From positions 224,001-288,000 of the forward strand of contig CAVTHK010000010.1 of assembly GCA_963734495.1 (NCBI GenBank): 64,000 nucleotides of DNA. The letters run 5' to 3'. The position numbers were made by a program, and so were the translations under genes. A model generated the notes under the pieces. It saw only the letters and a program-made list of their open reading frames with translations, was not told where the DNA came from and ran no database searches. Source of the stretch: an uncultured Spirochaetota bacterium (GTDB taxonomy: Bacteria; Spirochaetota; Spirochaetia; SZUA-6; CAVTHK01). How positions within the stretch are numbered: the first letter of the stretch is position 1; every line of letters starts with the position of its first letter. Positions 43,227-52,564 of the stretch are shown here, one piece after another.

Positions 43227-44001
43227 ATGCTTGAGATAGAGGCAGCGAGGACGGGAAAGGTCCTCATCGTCGGGCACCGAGGCGCCCTCGGCCACGCGCC
43301 CGAGAACACCATGGCGTCGTTCCAGATGGGCCTGGAGCTCGGGTGCGACCTGGTCGAGACCGACATCCATCTGAGCCGGGATGGGGCGCTCGTACTGATG
43401 CACGACCCGGAGGTCTCCCGAACGACGAACGGCACGGGGCGCATCAAGAAGCATGACCCTGGAGGAGATCCGGCGCCTGGACGCGGGCAGCTGGTTCCAC
43501 GAACGGTTCCGCGGCGAGCGCGTGCCCGTGCTGGGCGACCTGCTCGAGTGGGCGAAGAAGCGGATCCCGGTGGTCATCGAGGTCAAGGGAGACCCGCTGC
43601 CCGCAAAGGGCATCGAGGCCGCCCTGCTCACGGAGCTGCGCAGGCACGACCTCGTGAGAGAAGTGATGGTGATCGGTTTCCACCACGACAGCCTGAAGCG
43701 CATCAAGGACATGGAGCCCGCGGTCACGGTCGGGCTCACCTACTCGTGCCGGCTCGTCGACACGGTCGGCGCGGCGCGCGCGACCGGGGCCGATTCCGTG
43801 CGCCCGCACTGGAGCTACTGGAGCCCGGCGCTCGTCGAAGAGGTCCACAAGGCGGGCCTCACGGCCCACGCCTGGGTCGCCAACGACGAGGAGCGCACGG
43901 CGTACCTGGCCGAAATGGGGATCGACTCCCTCGGCGTCGATTTCCCCGACCGGGTGCGGCCCTTCCTCGACCGCACGGGCAGGAGTTGGAAGAAGAAGTA
44001 G
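43227..44001 (+). CDS. Glycerophosphodiester phosphodiesterase (frameshift near 43450)
   Basis: GHRGA..APENT, ETDIHLSRDG..VLMHD; continues MTLEEIRRLDAG, IEVK, WVAND, DFPD. Confidence 0.9.
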
Positions 44002-44008
44002 AAACAAA

Positions 44009-44046
44009 GCGAAGCCCGCCGCGCTGCCTACCGGCGGGGGCTTCGC
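44009..44046. terminator. Hairpin between convergent GDPD genes
   Basis: GCGAAGCCC-GCCG ... CGGC-GGGGGCTTCGC imperfect inverted repeat. Confidence 0.55.
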
Positions 44047-44067
44047 CCGCTTTCGTTGCGGTCCGCG

Positions 44068-45168
44068 CTATGCGCGCCCCGGGCGGGCCGCCTTCCATCC
44101 GTTGACGGCGTCGAGGAAACGCCTGGGCTCGTCGGTCGCGAACCAGCGCACGCCCAGGTCCAGGAGCGCTTCGATGTCCCGGCGCTCGAACTTCCACGGC
44201 AGGACCTCGAGGTCCATGCCGCGTCTGGAGCACGCCTCCAGCGCCCCGGTGATGAAAGCCGGCTTGATCTGGTACCGCCACCCCGTCGGCTGCTGCTCGT
44301 CGTTGAGGTGAAGCTGGATCTGGTCGAGGTGGTAGAAGTCGGCGGCCGCCATGCTGCGGAACCTGGCCTGGATCTCGAGCTCCGTCCCGCCGCACCACAG
44401 GATCGTCATCGTGCCTGGAAGCCGCGCCTTGAGGCCCTCGCACTCCTCGATGTTGCGCGACGCCACGTAGATGCGGCCCTCGAGCCGGAAGCGGTGAATC
44501 ATCTCGGCGAGCGCCCCGAGGTCGATCCGCTTGAGGTCGAGGTACATCCGGCGCCCGGGTTTCTCGGCCATGCGCGCAAGCACTTCCTCGAGCAGGGGCA
44601 CGCGCTGGCCGGCATAGATGGGCGAGAATTTCACCCCGGCGTCCACGTTCGCGAACTGCTCGTAGAGCAGGTCGGTGACGGGGACGTCAGCGATGTCCGC
44701 GGGCGCGTCGGTGGTGCGGGCCAGCGTCGCGTCGTGCAGGCAGACGATGCGCCCGTCCCGCGTCTGCCGGACGTCGGCTTCGGCGATGCCTCCGAGGTCC
44801 CACCCGTAGACGAAGGACACTATGGTATTGTCGGGCCGCTCGAAGCCGCCGCCGCCGCGGTGGGCCTGCCACTGGATGACGACTTCGTCGGCGGGCGGCC
44901 TTGTGACCGGCGCCTTGAGCGCGGGCGGCCTGGTTTCGGGGCGCCCGGCTGCCGGCGCTTTCCGCTTCGGCGGCTTCCTGCCCGGCGCCGCCTTCGCGCG
45001 CGCCGCCATCTTCGCCGCCGCCTTTTGCCGGGGCGCGGGCCCGCGCCGCGTCGCTTCCTTGGGCCGTGCTTTGGCCCGCGGCGTCTTCCGCGCGGGCGTC
45101 CTGGAGCGTTTCGCCTTCTTCGTGCCGGCCTTGACGCGCGCCGCCTTCGTGGGTGTCGGCTTCCTCAT
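44068..45168 (-). CDS. Glycerophosphodiester phosphodiesterase with basic K/R/A/P-rich N-terminal tail
   Basis: AHRGGG..PDNT, EADVRQTRDGRIVCLHD, LDLK, FATDEP; first roughly 90 aa low-complexity basic. Confidence 0.85.
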   Translation of the reverse strand: MRKPTPTKAARVKAGTKKAKRSRTPARKTPRAKARPKEATRRGPAPRQKAAAKMAARAKAAPGRKPPKRKAPAAGRPETRPPALKAPVTRPPADEVVIQWQAHRGGGGFERPDNTIVSFVYGWDLGGIAEADVRQTRDGRIVCLHDATLARTTDAPADIADVPVTDLLYEQFANVDAGVKFSPIYAGQRVPLLEEVLARMAEKPGRRMYLDLKRIDLGALAEMIHRFRLEGRIYVASRNIEECEGLKARLPGTMTILWCGGTELEIQARFRSMAAADFYHLDQIQLHLNDEQQPTGWRYQIKPAFITGALEACSRRGMDLEVLPWKFERRDIEALLDLGVRWFATDEPRRFLDAVNGWKAARPGRA

Positions 45169-45363
45169 CGTTTACCTCTCGGGCCAGGTCGTCTTCCTTC
45201 AATCTACCCCTTGATGCCCGACCGCACCACGCCCGACATCAGCTGCCGCGGGCTGACTCTGCCTCTCCGGTGGGCAAGCCCTTCTTCGCGGATTCTCATT
45301 ATATTGCAGGCGCACGGCGGCCGCGCCGGGTGCTCGGCCGCCGCAAGCCCGGAGGTGGAAGCC

Positions 45364-45624
45364 GTGTGTCGAAGCATCAAGCCGCTCAGACCCCCGTTCG
45401 CGGCCGCCACGCCGCAGGACGCCCGCGCCGCGGCCCTTCAGTTCGTCCGCAAGATCAGCGGCTACAGCAAGCCCTCGCGAGCCAACGAGGAGGCCTTCGC
45501 CCAGGCCGTCGACGAGATCGCGGAAAGCTCGATGCGGCTCCTCGAGCGGCTCGTGGTTCGGACCGCGTCCCCCGACGGCGCCCCTTCCGGCGAGAACGCC
45601 GTCAGGCCGGCGTATCGCGAGTGA
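45364..45624 (+). CDS. DUF2277-family small protein
   Basis: GGAGG+GTG; MCRSIKPL...AAALQFVRKISGYSKPSRANEEAF. Confidence 0.85.
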   Translation: MCRSIKPLRPPFAAATPQDARAAALQFVRKISGYSKPSRANEEAFAQAVDEIAESSMRLLERLVVRTASPDGAPSGENAVRPAYRE

Positions 45625-46378
45625 AGACCCACTCGCGCTCCGAGGACAGCTTCGGCGCGTAGCGATAACCGCCGAAGTCGAAGCCCTTGAGCTGCTCGGG
45701 ATCGGTCGCGCGGTTCTCGATCGCGTAACGGCACATCATTCCGCGCGCCCGCTTGGCGTACACGAAGAAGACGCTGTACTTGCCGTTCTTCAGGTCCTTG
45801 AAGACCGGCTGGATGACCTCGCCGTCGATCCTGTCGGCGCCCACGGCCTTGAAGTATTCCTCCGACGCCAGGTTGACCAGGACGCGCGACCGAGCGGCTC
45901 GCATCGCCTCGTTCAGCGCCTTCGCGATGCGGTCTCCCCAGTAGCCGTACAGATCGGTGCTTCCGTTCACGGCGAGCCGGGTCCCCATCTCCAGCCTGTA
46001 CGGCCGGATGAGGTCGAGGGGACGGAGCAGCCCGTGAAGACCCGACAGGATCCTCAGGTGCTTCTGAGCATAGTCGAGCTCCTCGACGCTGAGCGAAGCC
46101 GCATCGAGGCCCCGGTACACGTCGCCGGCGAAGGCGAAGATGCTGGGCCGCGCGTTTTCGGCCGAGAACGGCAGCGTCCAGTCGGCGTAGCGGCGCGCGT
46201 TCAGCCGGGCGAGGGAATCGCTCAGGCCCATCAGCTTGCGGATCTCCGCCGCCGACATCTGCTTCAGGCGCTCGATCAGGAGCGCGGACGCATCGAGCAT
46301 CGCGGGCTGCGTGGCCTTGACCTGCAGGCGACGGCTCTCGAAATCCAGGTTCTTGGCGGGCGAAATGCAGAGAATCAT
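45602..46378 (-). CDS. yaaA: Peroxide stress protein YaaA
   Basis: ISPAK, FAGDVY.GL, LRILSGL.G.LRPLD, YRLEMG, NLASEEY, AKRARG. Confidence 0.95.
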   Translation of the reverse strand: MILCISPAKNLDFESRRLQVKATQPAMLDASALLIERLKQMSAAEIRKLMGLSDSLARLNARRYADWTLPFSAENARPSIFAFAGDVYRGLDAASLSVEELDYAQKHLRILSGLHGLLRPLDLIRPYRLEMGTRLAVNGSTDLYGYWGDRIAKALNEAMRAARSRVLVNLASEEYFKAVGADRIDGEVIQPVFKDLKNGKYSVFFVYAKRARGMMCRYAIENRATDPEQLKGFDFGGYRYAPKLSSEREWVFTRDTPA

Positions 46379-46462
46379 GCCTTGCCTCCTCCAGAGGGCG
46401 CCGCGCCGCCCGGCGCCACGCGCTGGAAGATAACGCTTCCGCGCCGCCCGCGTGGCCCTATC

Positions 46463-47783
46463 TCATGCCTCGACCCGTGTCCGGCGGCCGGCGTACCAGT
46501 CCGCGCGCGTCAGCGGCAGGCCGTTCCCGCCCCCCTCGCCCGCGAGGGAGAGCAGCGACTGGTACACGATTCAGCCGCCCGACGGAGAACCCGTGCGCCG
46601 AGCCCGACATGAACAAGCCGCCACACCCGGTACGTCGGCTCGTCGACGTACCGAAGCGCCTCGTCGTGGCGGGCCTCCAGGCGCCGGACCCACTCCCGGA
46701 GCGTCAGCGCGTAGTGCTCGCGCAGGCTCTCGACGTCGCGCACCTCGAATCCCGCCTCCTCCGCAGCCCGGAGCGTCGCGTTGATCGGGCACGAGCTCGC
46801 CGTCGGGAAAGACGTATGTGCCGTTCAGCGTCGGCCCCTTCGCGGGTCGGTCCAGGGCGCTGGCGGCGATGCCGTGGTTGAGGAACACGCCGCCCCGCTT
46901 GAGGAGCTTCCTCGCCTTCTCGAAGTAGAGCGGGAGCATGCGCGCGCCCACGTGCTCGAACATGCCCACGCTGACGAGCGCGTCGTACGGCCGATCCTCG
47001 CTCACCTCGCGGTAGTCCTGCACCTCTACACGGCAGACGTCGCCCAGGCCCGCTTCGGCGATGCGCGTGTTCGCGAGCTCGGCCTGCGGAGGGCTGAGCG
47101 TGATGCCCGTGGCATCGACGCCGTACGCCGCGGCCGCGTGCATCACCAGGCCGCCCCACCCGCAGCCGACGTCGAGCAGCCGCTGGCCCGCGCTGGAGGC
47201 GCAGCTTGCGGCAGATCAGGTCGAGCTTGGCGAGCTGGGCGGAGTCGAGATCCATCCCGGCTCGCTCGAAGTAGGCGCACGAGTAGACCATCCGATCGTC
47301 GAGGAAGAGGCGGTAGAAGTCGCCAGGCACGTCGTAGTGGTAGCGGACGGCCTCGCGGTCGCGCTCCTTCGAGTGGAGCCGCCCCCGCAGGCGGGCCGGA
47401 CCGCGCGCGGGCGCCCGCCGCCGGCGGCCGGGCGGCAGGCGGCGCAGCATCGAGAGCGCCGCGAGCTTCGTGCGCCAGCCGGAAGTCCGCCGCGCCAGCT
47501 CATCGGCGAGCTCGAACACGCTCTCGATGCTGCCCTCGATGTCGAAGTCGTCGTACAGGTACGCTTCGGCAAGGGCGAGCTCGCTCCCGCCCGAGAACAT
47601 GGCGCGCAGCGAGCCCGGGTGCTTGAGCACCAGGGTGGCCGCGCGCGGCCGCTCGTCCGGCCAGACCGTCCCGTCCCAAAGCCGGACAGCGGGCGCGATT
47701 TCCGATTCCCTCCCGAAGAGCTCTTCGAGGAGCCGAAGAGACAGGCGGGCCTCCGCCTGGTCGACCGTCGCGGTAGCGCTCAT
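46463..47783 (-). CDS. cfa: Cyclopropane-fatty-acyl-phospholipid synthase family methyltransferase (three frameshifts)
   Basis: HYDV, MVYSCAYF, KLDLICRKL, LLDVGCGWG, GITLS, SVGMFEHVG, YVFPDGEL, LREHYALTL, LPLTRADWY across frames. Confidence 0.85.
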
Positions 47784-47860
47784 TGCACGCTCCCTTCCCC
47801 GACGCCAGGGGTGCACCTTCAATAGTAATGCAGTAAAGGGATGCGCGGCGCGGGCGCCGT

Positions 47861-48760
47861 CTATCCGGCCAGGACTGCGTAGAGGTCGGCGAAAATCGCG
47901 TCGCGCCTCACATCGATCGCCTCTCGGATCCAGTGCCGCGAGCCGTCGTGGCTCCAGGTGAAGGCGGGCGTGAGCAGCGGGCTGTGCACGATGTGCGAAG
48001 GCACCCATTCCGGGTTGCGCAGCCACGCGACGGTCGAGATGTCCCAGATCACCTTGGACTGCGCGCGGTGCAGGGCCATGTGCTCCCGCGTGATGCCGAC
48101 GAGGTAGTCGCAGAGGGCGTTGCGGCCGCCGAGGTGATGCTCGATCTCCGGCACCGTCACGCGCAGGTGCTCGGCGACGTTCTTGCAGGGGATGTGCACC
48201 AGCGGCACGCCGCAATCGAAGACGGTCTGCGAAGCGAACAGGTCCTGCTTGAGGTTGAACTCGAAGGCCGTGTGCCAGCTGCTCGGCTGCCCGCCGAGCC
48301 ACACGACGACGACCTTGTCCCTGATCCGCGGCTCCATCAGGAGAGCGGAGGCGACGTTCGTGATGGCCCCGATCGCGAGCACGTACAGCGGCTCGCGGCC
48401 TGCCGACGCGCGCTCGACGAGGTCGCGTGCGGCCTCGCTCTCCACGGGCCTGCCCGCAGCCTCCAGGAAGCGGCGCGAGCCTTTCAGCACGCGGCCCGGC
48501 ACGCTCTTCCCCCGCCCCTCCAGCTTCGCGAGCACGCGCTGGATCTCGGCGTAGCTCTTCTCCATCCCGTCCTCTGGCCCGCTCGAGCGGTCGTTGTGGA
48601 AGGGCGCGGCGTAGACCGCCTCCAGGTCGAAGCTTCCGCCCAGCACCGCGTAGGCGAGGGCGTACTGGTCGTCGATCTCGTTGTACGTGTCGGTGTCGAG
48701 CACCGCACGAACGCGGCCGGCGGGGGGAGCGAGGCGTTCGATCAACCGACTTTCAGACAT
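47861..48760 (-). CDS. Nucleoside hydrolase family protein
   Basis: LDTDTYNEIDDQYAL, IGAITNVASA, WLGG, EFNL, IWD. Confidence 0.88.
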   Translation of the reverse strand: MSESRLIERLAPPAGRVRAVLDTDTYNEIDDQYALAYAVLGGSFDLEAVYAAPFHNDRSSGPEDGMEKSYAEIQRVLAKLEGRGKSVPGRVLKGSRRFLEAAGRPVESEAARDLVERASAGREPLYVLAIGAITNVASALLMEPRIRDKVVVVWLGGQPSSWHTAFEFNLKQDLFASQTVFDCGVPLVHIPCKNVAEHLRVTVPEIEHHLGGRNALCDYLVGITREHMALHRAQSKVIWDISTVAWLRNPEWVPSHIVHSPLLTPAFTWSHDGSRHWIREAIDVRRDAIFADLYAVLAG

Positions 48761-49739
48761 CGCTGACACACCTGAAGCCGAGGTTTGAGGACGCGCTTTC
48801 GGGCGTGTTCGACGTCCGAGCCGCGACCCGGTAGCGGTTGCAGTATGAGCGATGGCAGAGAAATGATCCACCCCTCATCACGCGCGCGTCGCCCGTCGCC
48901 GGCCCGCGCGGGTTCGTGCGCTCCGCGCTCCGCGGATACGCGGCGCTGAACCAGTCGGCGCACCACTCCCACACGTTGCCCGCCATCCCGTAGAGCCCGT
49001 AGCCGTTGGGCGGGAACGCGCGCACGGGGCAGGTCCCGCTGTAGCCGTCCTCCTCGGTGTTCTCGTCGGGGAACCGGCCCTGCCAGATGTTGCACATGTG
49101 ACGGCCGCCCGGCTGCAGCTCGTCGCCCCAGCAGTAGCGCTTCTGCACCAGGCCCCCGCGCGCCGCGTACTCCCACTCGGCCTCGGTCGGAAGGCGCTTG
49201 CCCGCCCACGCGCAGTAGGCGATCGCGTCGTTCCACGTCACGTGGGTGACCGGGTGATCGAGCCGACCCCTGAGGTCGGTGCCCGGGCCCTCGGGCCGTT
49301 TCCAGCAGGCGCGGTTGACGGCGCGCCACCACGCGAGGCCAGGCACTTCGCGGACGAGGCCCCTCTTGTCCGCGACCTTCGGCACGTGCAGGTGGAACAC
49401 GAACGAGAAGCCGAACTGCTCGCTTTCAGTGACGTAGCCGGTCGCGTCGACGAACGCGGCGAACTGCCGGTTGGTCACCTGGGCGGCGTCGACCCAGAAC
49501 GGCGCGAGCTCGACCTCACGCACAGGTCCCTCGCCGTCGGCCGGGAAGCCTTCCTTGTCGTCTGTCCCCATCAGGAAGGTCCCGCCGGCGAGGCGCTTCA
49601 TCCCCGCAGTCGACCCGCCGCGCGCTTCGCGCGGAGCCTGGATGGCGCGAGCGTCCGCCAGGGCGCGGCTCGGCGCGCAGTGGCCCTCGTTGGCGCCGAT
49701 GGCGGCAGGACCGCCCGGCGTGCAGCAGGAGTGATCCAT
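48753..49739 (-). CDS. Formylglycine-generating enzyme (SUMF1-like)
   Basis: FLMG, VTN.QF, HPVTHV.W, KRLPTEAEWEYAARGG, GNVWEW, RGGSFLCHRSYCNRYR with both catalytic Cys, NLGFRC. Confidence 0.93.
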   Translation of the reverse strand: MDHSCCTPGGPAAIGANEGHCAPSRALADARAIQAPREARGGSTAGMKRLAGGTFLMGTDDKEGFPADGEGPVREVELAPFWVDAAQVTNRQFAAFVDATGYVTESEQFGFSFVFHLHVPKVADKRGLVREVPGLAWWRAVNRACWKRPEGPGTDLRGRLDHPVTHVTWNDAIAYCAWAGKRLPTEAEWEYAARGGLVQKRYCWGDELQPGGRHMCNIWQGRFPDENTEEDGYSGTCPVRAFPPNGYGLYGMAGNVWEWCADWFSAAYPRSAERTNPRGPATGDARVMRGGSFLCHRSYCNRYRVAARTSNTPESASSNLGFRCVSDV

Positions 49740-49777
49740 AGTCTACAAAAGAGGTTAAGTATGAAGGAAGGCAGCGG

Positions 49778-50824
49778 TCAACCTGGCTCATGGGGCCTGG
49801 AAGGCCTTGGGGTCAGGCTAGTGCCTGGCTCATGGGGCCTGGAAGGCCTTGGGGTCAGGCTAGTGCCTGGCTCATGGGGCCTGGAAGGCCTTGGGGGCGG
49901 GCAAGTGCCGCGGCGGTGCAGTGGCTCGATCCGCAACTCGCCGCGGCTCACGCTCACCGCGCGCGCCGTGAGGCCCGCGGCGCCCCGGTGGCCGCCCCCG
50001 CCGAGCCTGGCCGCGATCCGCGAGACGTCCACGTCGGGGCTCTCGGCGAACAGCGCGACCCGCCAGGCGCCGTCGCGCCGGCGCGCATACACGAGCATCA
50101 GGTCGTGCCGCGCGGGATCCCAGACGGCGTCGAGGGCGGCGCTGCCGAAGACCGTGGAGTTGATGCAGACCGCGCGCAGCCCCTCGAAGCGAGCCTCAAA
50201 GGAGTGGTCGCGGGCGTCGCGGGCGTTGCGCGCCTCGGTCCAGGCAAGGACCCAGCGGCCGACGCGGATCGTGCGGCGCACGAACCGTTCCGCCGCCGCG
50301 GCGTCGTCGCCGAACAGGCGCCTCCAGAACGGCCAGTTCTCGAGGGGATCCGTGGGCTGAGCCTGCATCCCCATCTGAAAGGGGAGCACCCGCGACTTCC
50401 ACGCATCGCGGTCGCCGTCGTCCCAGATGTCGTAACGGTTGAGCAGATCGAGCCATTCGGGCACGGCTTCGCCGGGGGCGAACCGCTCCCATGCGAGCAG
50501 GCACGCCGCGCGGCTCGAGTCCGCGGACAAGCTCACTTCCAGGCCGTCGAGGGCGCCGGACTCGGCCACGGACCGGTGATGGTCGATCAGGACGACGCGG
50601 CAGCGCCGCTCGCGGGCGAGGCGCGCGACGTTCTCCAGCGGCTGCCACACCACGTCGAGGAACCACACCGTGTCCGCCGGCTCGACCTCGGCCGCCGGGA
50701 AGGCGTCGCCGTAGTCGTACGGGTACAGCCTCCACGCCTCGCCCGCGGCGTCGAGGCCGCGCCGCGCGATCGCGCCGGCCGCGTGACCGTCCAGGTCCAT
50801 CCGGTGGTAGAAGACGCGGTTCAT
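49778..50824 (-). CDS. DHH/DHHA1 phosphoesterase
   Basis: YHRMDLDG, FLD, IDHH, YDIW, GGGGHRGAAG; GGGGAGG RBS. Confidence 0.88.
   Translation of the reverse strand: MNRVFYHRMDLDGHAAGAIARRGLDAAGEAWRLYPYDYGDAFPAAEVEPADTVWFLDVVWQPLENVARLARERRCRVVLIDHHRSVAESGALDGLEVSLSADSSRAACLLAWERFAPGEAVPEWLDLLNRYDIWDDGDRDAWKSRVLPFQMGMQAQPTDPLENWPFWRRLFGDDAAAAERFVRRTIRVGRWVLAWTEARNARDARDHSFEARFEGLRAVCINSTVFGSAALDAVWDPARHDLMLVYARRRDGAWRVALFAESPDVDVSRIAARLGGGGHRGAAGLTARAVSVSRGELRIEPLHRRGTCPPPRPSRPHEPGTSLTPRPSRPHEPGTSLTPRPSRPHEPG
49782..49896. repeat. 42-bp tandem repeat, about 2.7 copies
   Basis: CCTGGCTCATGGGGCCTGGAAGGCCTTGGGGTCAGGCTAGTG at 49782 and 49824, partial copy at 49866. Confidence 0.95.
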
Positions 50825-50936
50825 GGCCCTCCCCGGCGCAAGGATATACGCGGCCATGACCGCGGTACAGCGTTTTTTGCGGACGTGCGGGACGGTCACG
50901 GCCGGCGTGGCCGCGCCCCCGCGCCCCGAGGTCGTT

Positions 50937-51323
50937 CTAGAGGGCCTCGATCACGCGCTGCAGCTTCTGCCGCACCTCGTCCGCGATCGGGGCAAGCCGC
51001 TCGTTGCCGGTAGATCTCATCGCCACCGTCGGATCGATCGTCGCGACCTCGACCTCCCCGGTAGGGAGCTGCTGGACGAGGACGTTGCAGGGCAGCATCA
51101 ACCCGATCCGGTCCTCGGCCTGCAGGGCCCTGTACGCGTTCGGCGGGTTGCAGGCGCCCAGGATACGGTAGGGCCTGACGTCGACGTCGAGCTTCTTCTT
51201 CAGGGTCGCGCTCATGTCGATATCGGTGAGGACGCCGAAGCCTTCGGCCTTGAGCGCCTCGGTGACTCTCACGATCGCCTGGTCGAACCCGAGCTTCACT
51301 TTCTTTGCCTGGTAGAATGCCAC
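50937..51323 (-). CDS. DUF302 family protein
   Basis: EGFGVLTDID, YRILGACNP, IGLMLPCNV; GAGGAG RBS. Confidence 0.9.
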   Translation of the reverse strand: MAFYQAKKVKLGFDQAIVRVTEALKAEGFGVLTDIDMSATLKKKLDVDVRPYRILGACNPPNAYRALQAEDRIGLMLPCNVLVQQLPTGEVEVATIDPTVAMRSTGNERLAPIADEVRQKLQRVIEAL

Positions 51324-51430
51324 TTCGCTCTCCTCGGCTGAATATACATACGGACGGAGGCCCCCCGGGGGCGGGAGTTTTTTTTCTTGATTTCGGGCCG
51401 TCCCCTCTGTAGATATCCTCGAGGACTCTC

Positions 51431-52564
51431 TTGCAGCAGACGCCGGCAAGCCCACTCCTCGACCGCGGCAGCCCCCGCGCGCACGCGACGCGGCACGTCC
51501 TCGCCGTGTCCTGCGTCGCCGCCTGCGTCGCGCTCTTCGTGATCATCTGGTCGATCTACCAGGGGGCCTACGAGGGAGCGGTCGCGTACCTGAAGAGCGT
51601 GCCGGCCGACGTCTGGGTCCTGCAGCGCTCCGCCGACAACCTGCTCCGAGGCTTCTCGGTGCTCCCCCAGTCGTACGCGGCCATCCTGGGCGCGATGGAC
51701 GGCGTCGAATCCGTCGGCAGGGTGGTGACGGTGCCGGCGTCCGTGGCGGCCGGCCGGAGCCAGGGGACGGTGTTCCTGGTCGGCTACGACACGCGCGTCG
51801 GGACGGGCCGGCCGCCTCACCTCGCCGGCGGCCGCCTTCCGGAAGGCGACGACGAGATCGTCCTCGACCGGGCGATCGCGGCCCGGCTGGACCTGCGGAT
51901 CGGCGACCGGCTCGCGGTCGACGGCGCCGATCTCCGCGTCGTCGGCCTGTCGCGCGACACCAACGCGATCGCCATGCAGTACGCCTTTGTCACGATCGAC
52001 CGCGCGCAGTCGCTGCTGCCCCTGCGCGGCATCGTGACCGCGTACCTGCTGCGCCTGGCGCCGGGCGCCGATGCGTCGCGAACCGTGCGCGCCATCCGCG
52101 AGAGCCAGGGCCGGCTCGCGGCGTTCACGCGGGAGGAGTTCATCCGCAACAATCTCAGGCAGCTCGACCAGGGGTTCCTGCCCGTCATCATGGTCATCAC
52201 GGGGCTCTCGGCGGTCGTGCTGACCATCATGCTGAGCCTCATCCTTTCGATGAGCGTGCTCGAGCGCAGGAGGGACTTCGCCATCATGAAGATCCTCGGC
52301 GCGCCCGGTCTCCACCTGTGGCTCGTGATCGTGCGGGAGGCGCTGCTGATCGCCTCCGCGGGCCTCGTCGGGGGAGCGGCCTTTGCCGCGGCGCTGCTCC
52401 CGCTCCTCGACGCCCTGCTCCCGCAGCTCGCCGAGGCGTTCGGGCCATGGCAGGCGGCGCTGGTCGCGGGCGTGGTGGAGGCCATCGCGATCGCGAGCGC
52501 ATCGCTGGCGTCTCTCGCCGCGAGGAAGATCTACCCGCTGGAGGCCTTTGAGTGGAGGCAGTGA
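51431..52564 (+). CDS. ABC transporter permease, MacB/FtsX family
   Basis: One TM + periplasmic domain (ADVWV, GRLP..DEIVLD) + three TM; ERRRDFAIMKILGA. Confidence 0.85.
   Translation: MQQTPASPLLDRGSPRAHATRHVLAVSCVAACVALFVIIWSIYQGAYEGAVAYLKSVPADVWVLQRSADNLLRGFSVLPQSYAAILGAMDGVESVGRVVTVPASVAAGRSQGTVFLVGYDTRVGTGRPPHLAGGRLPEGDDEIVLDRAIAARLDLRIGDRLAVDGADLRVVGLSRDTNAIAMQYAFVTIDRAQSLLPLRGIVTAYLLRLAPGADASRTVRAIRESQGRLAAFTREEFIRNNLRQLDQGFLPVIMVITGLSAVVLTIMLSLILSMSVLERRRDFAIMKILGAPGLHLWLVIVREALLIASAGLVGGAAFAAALLPLLDALLPQLAEAFGPWQAALVAGVVEAIAIASASLASLAARKIYPLEAFEWRQ

Noticed and set aside
49782-49896. Repeat array as a mini-CRISPR
   Set aside because: Units are head-to-tail identical with no unique spacers, and no cas genes are in the window.
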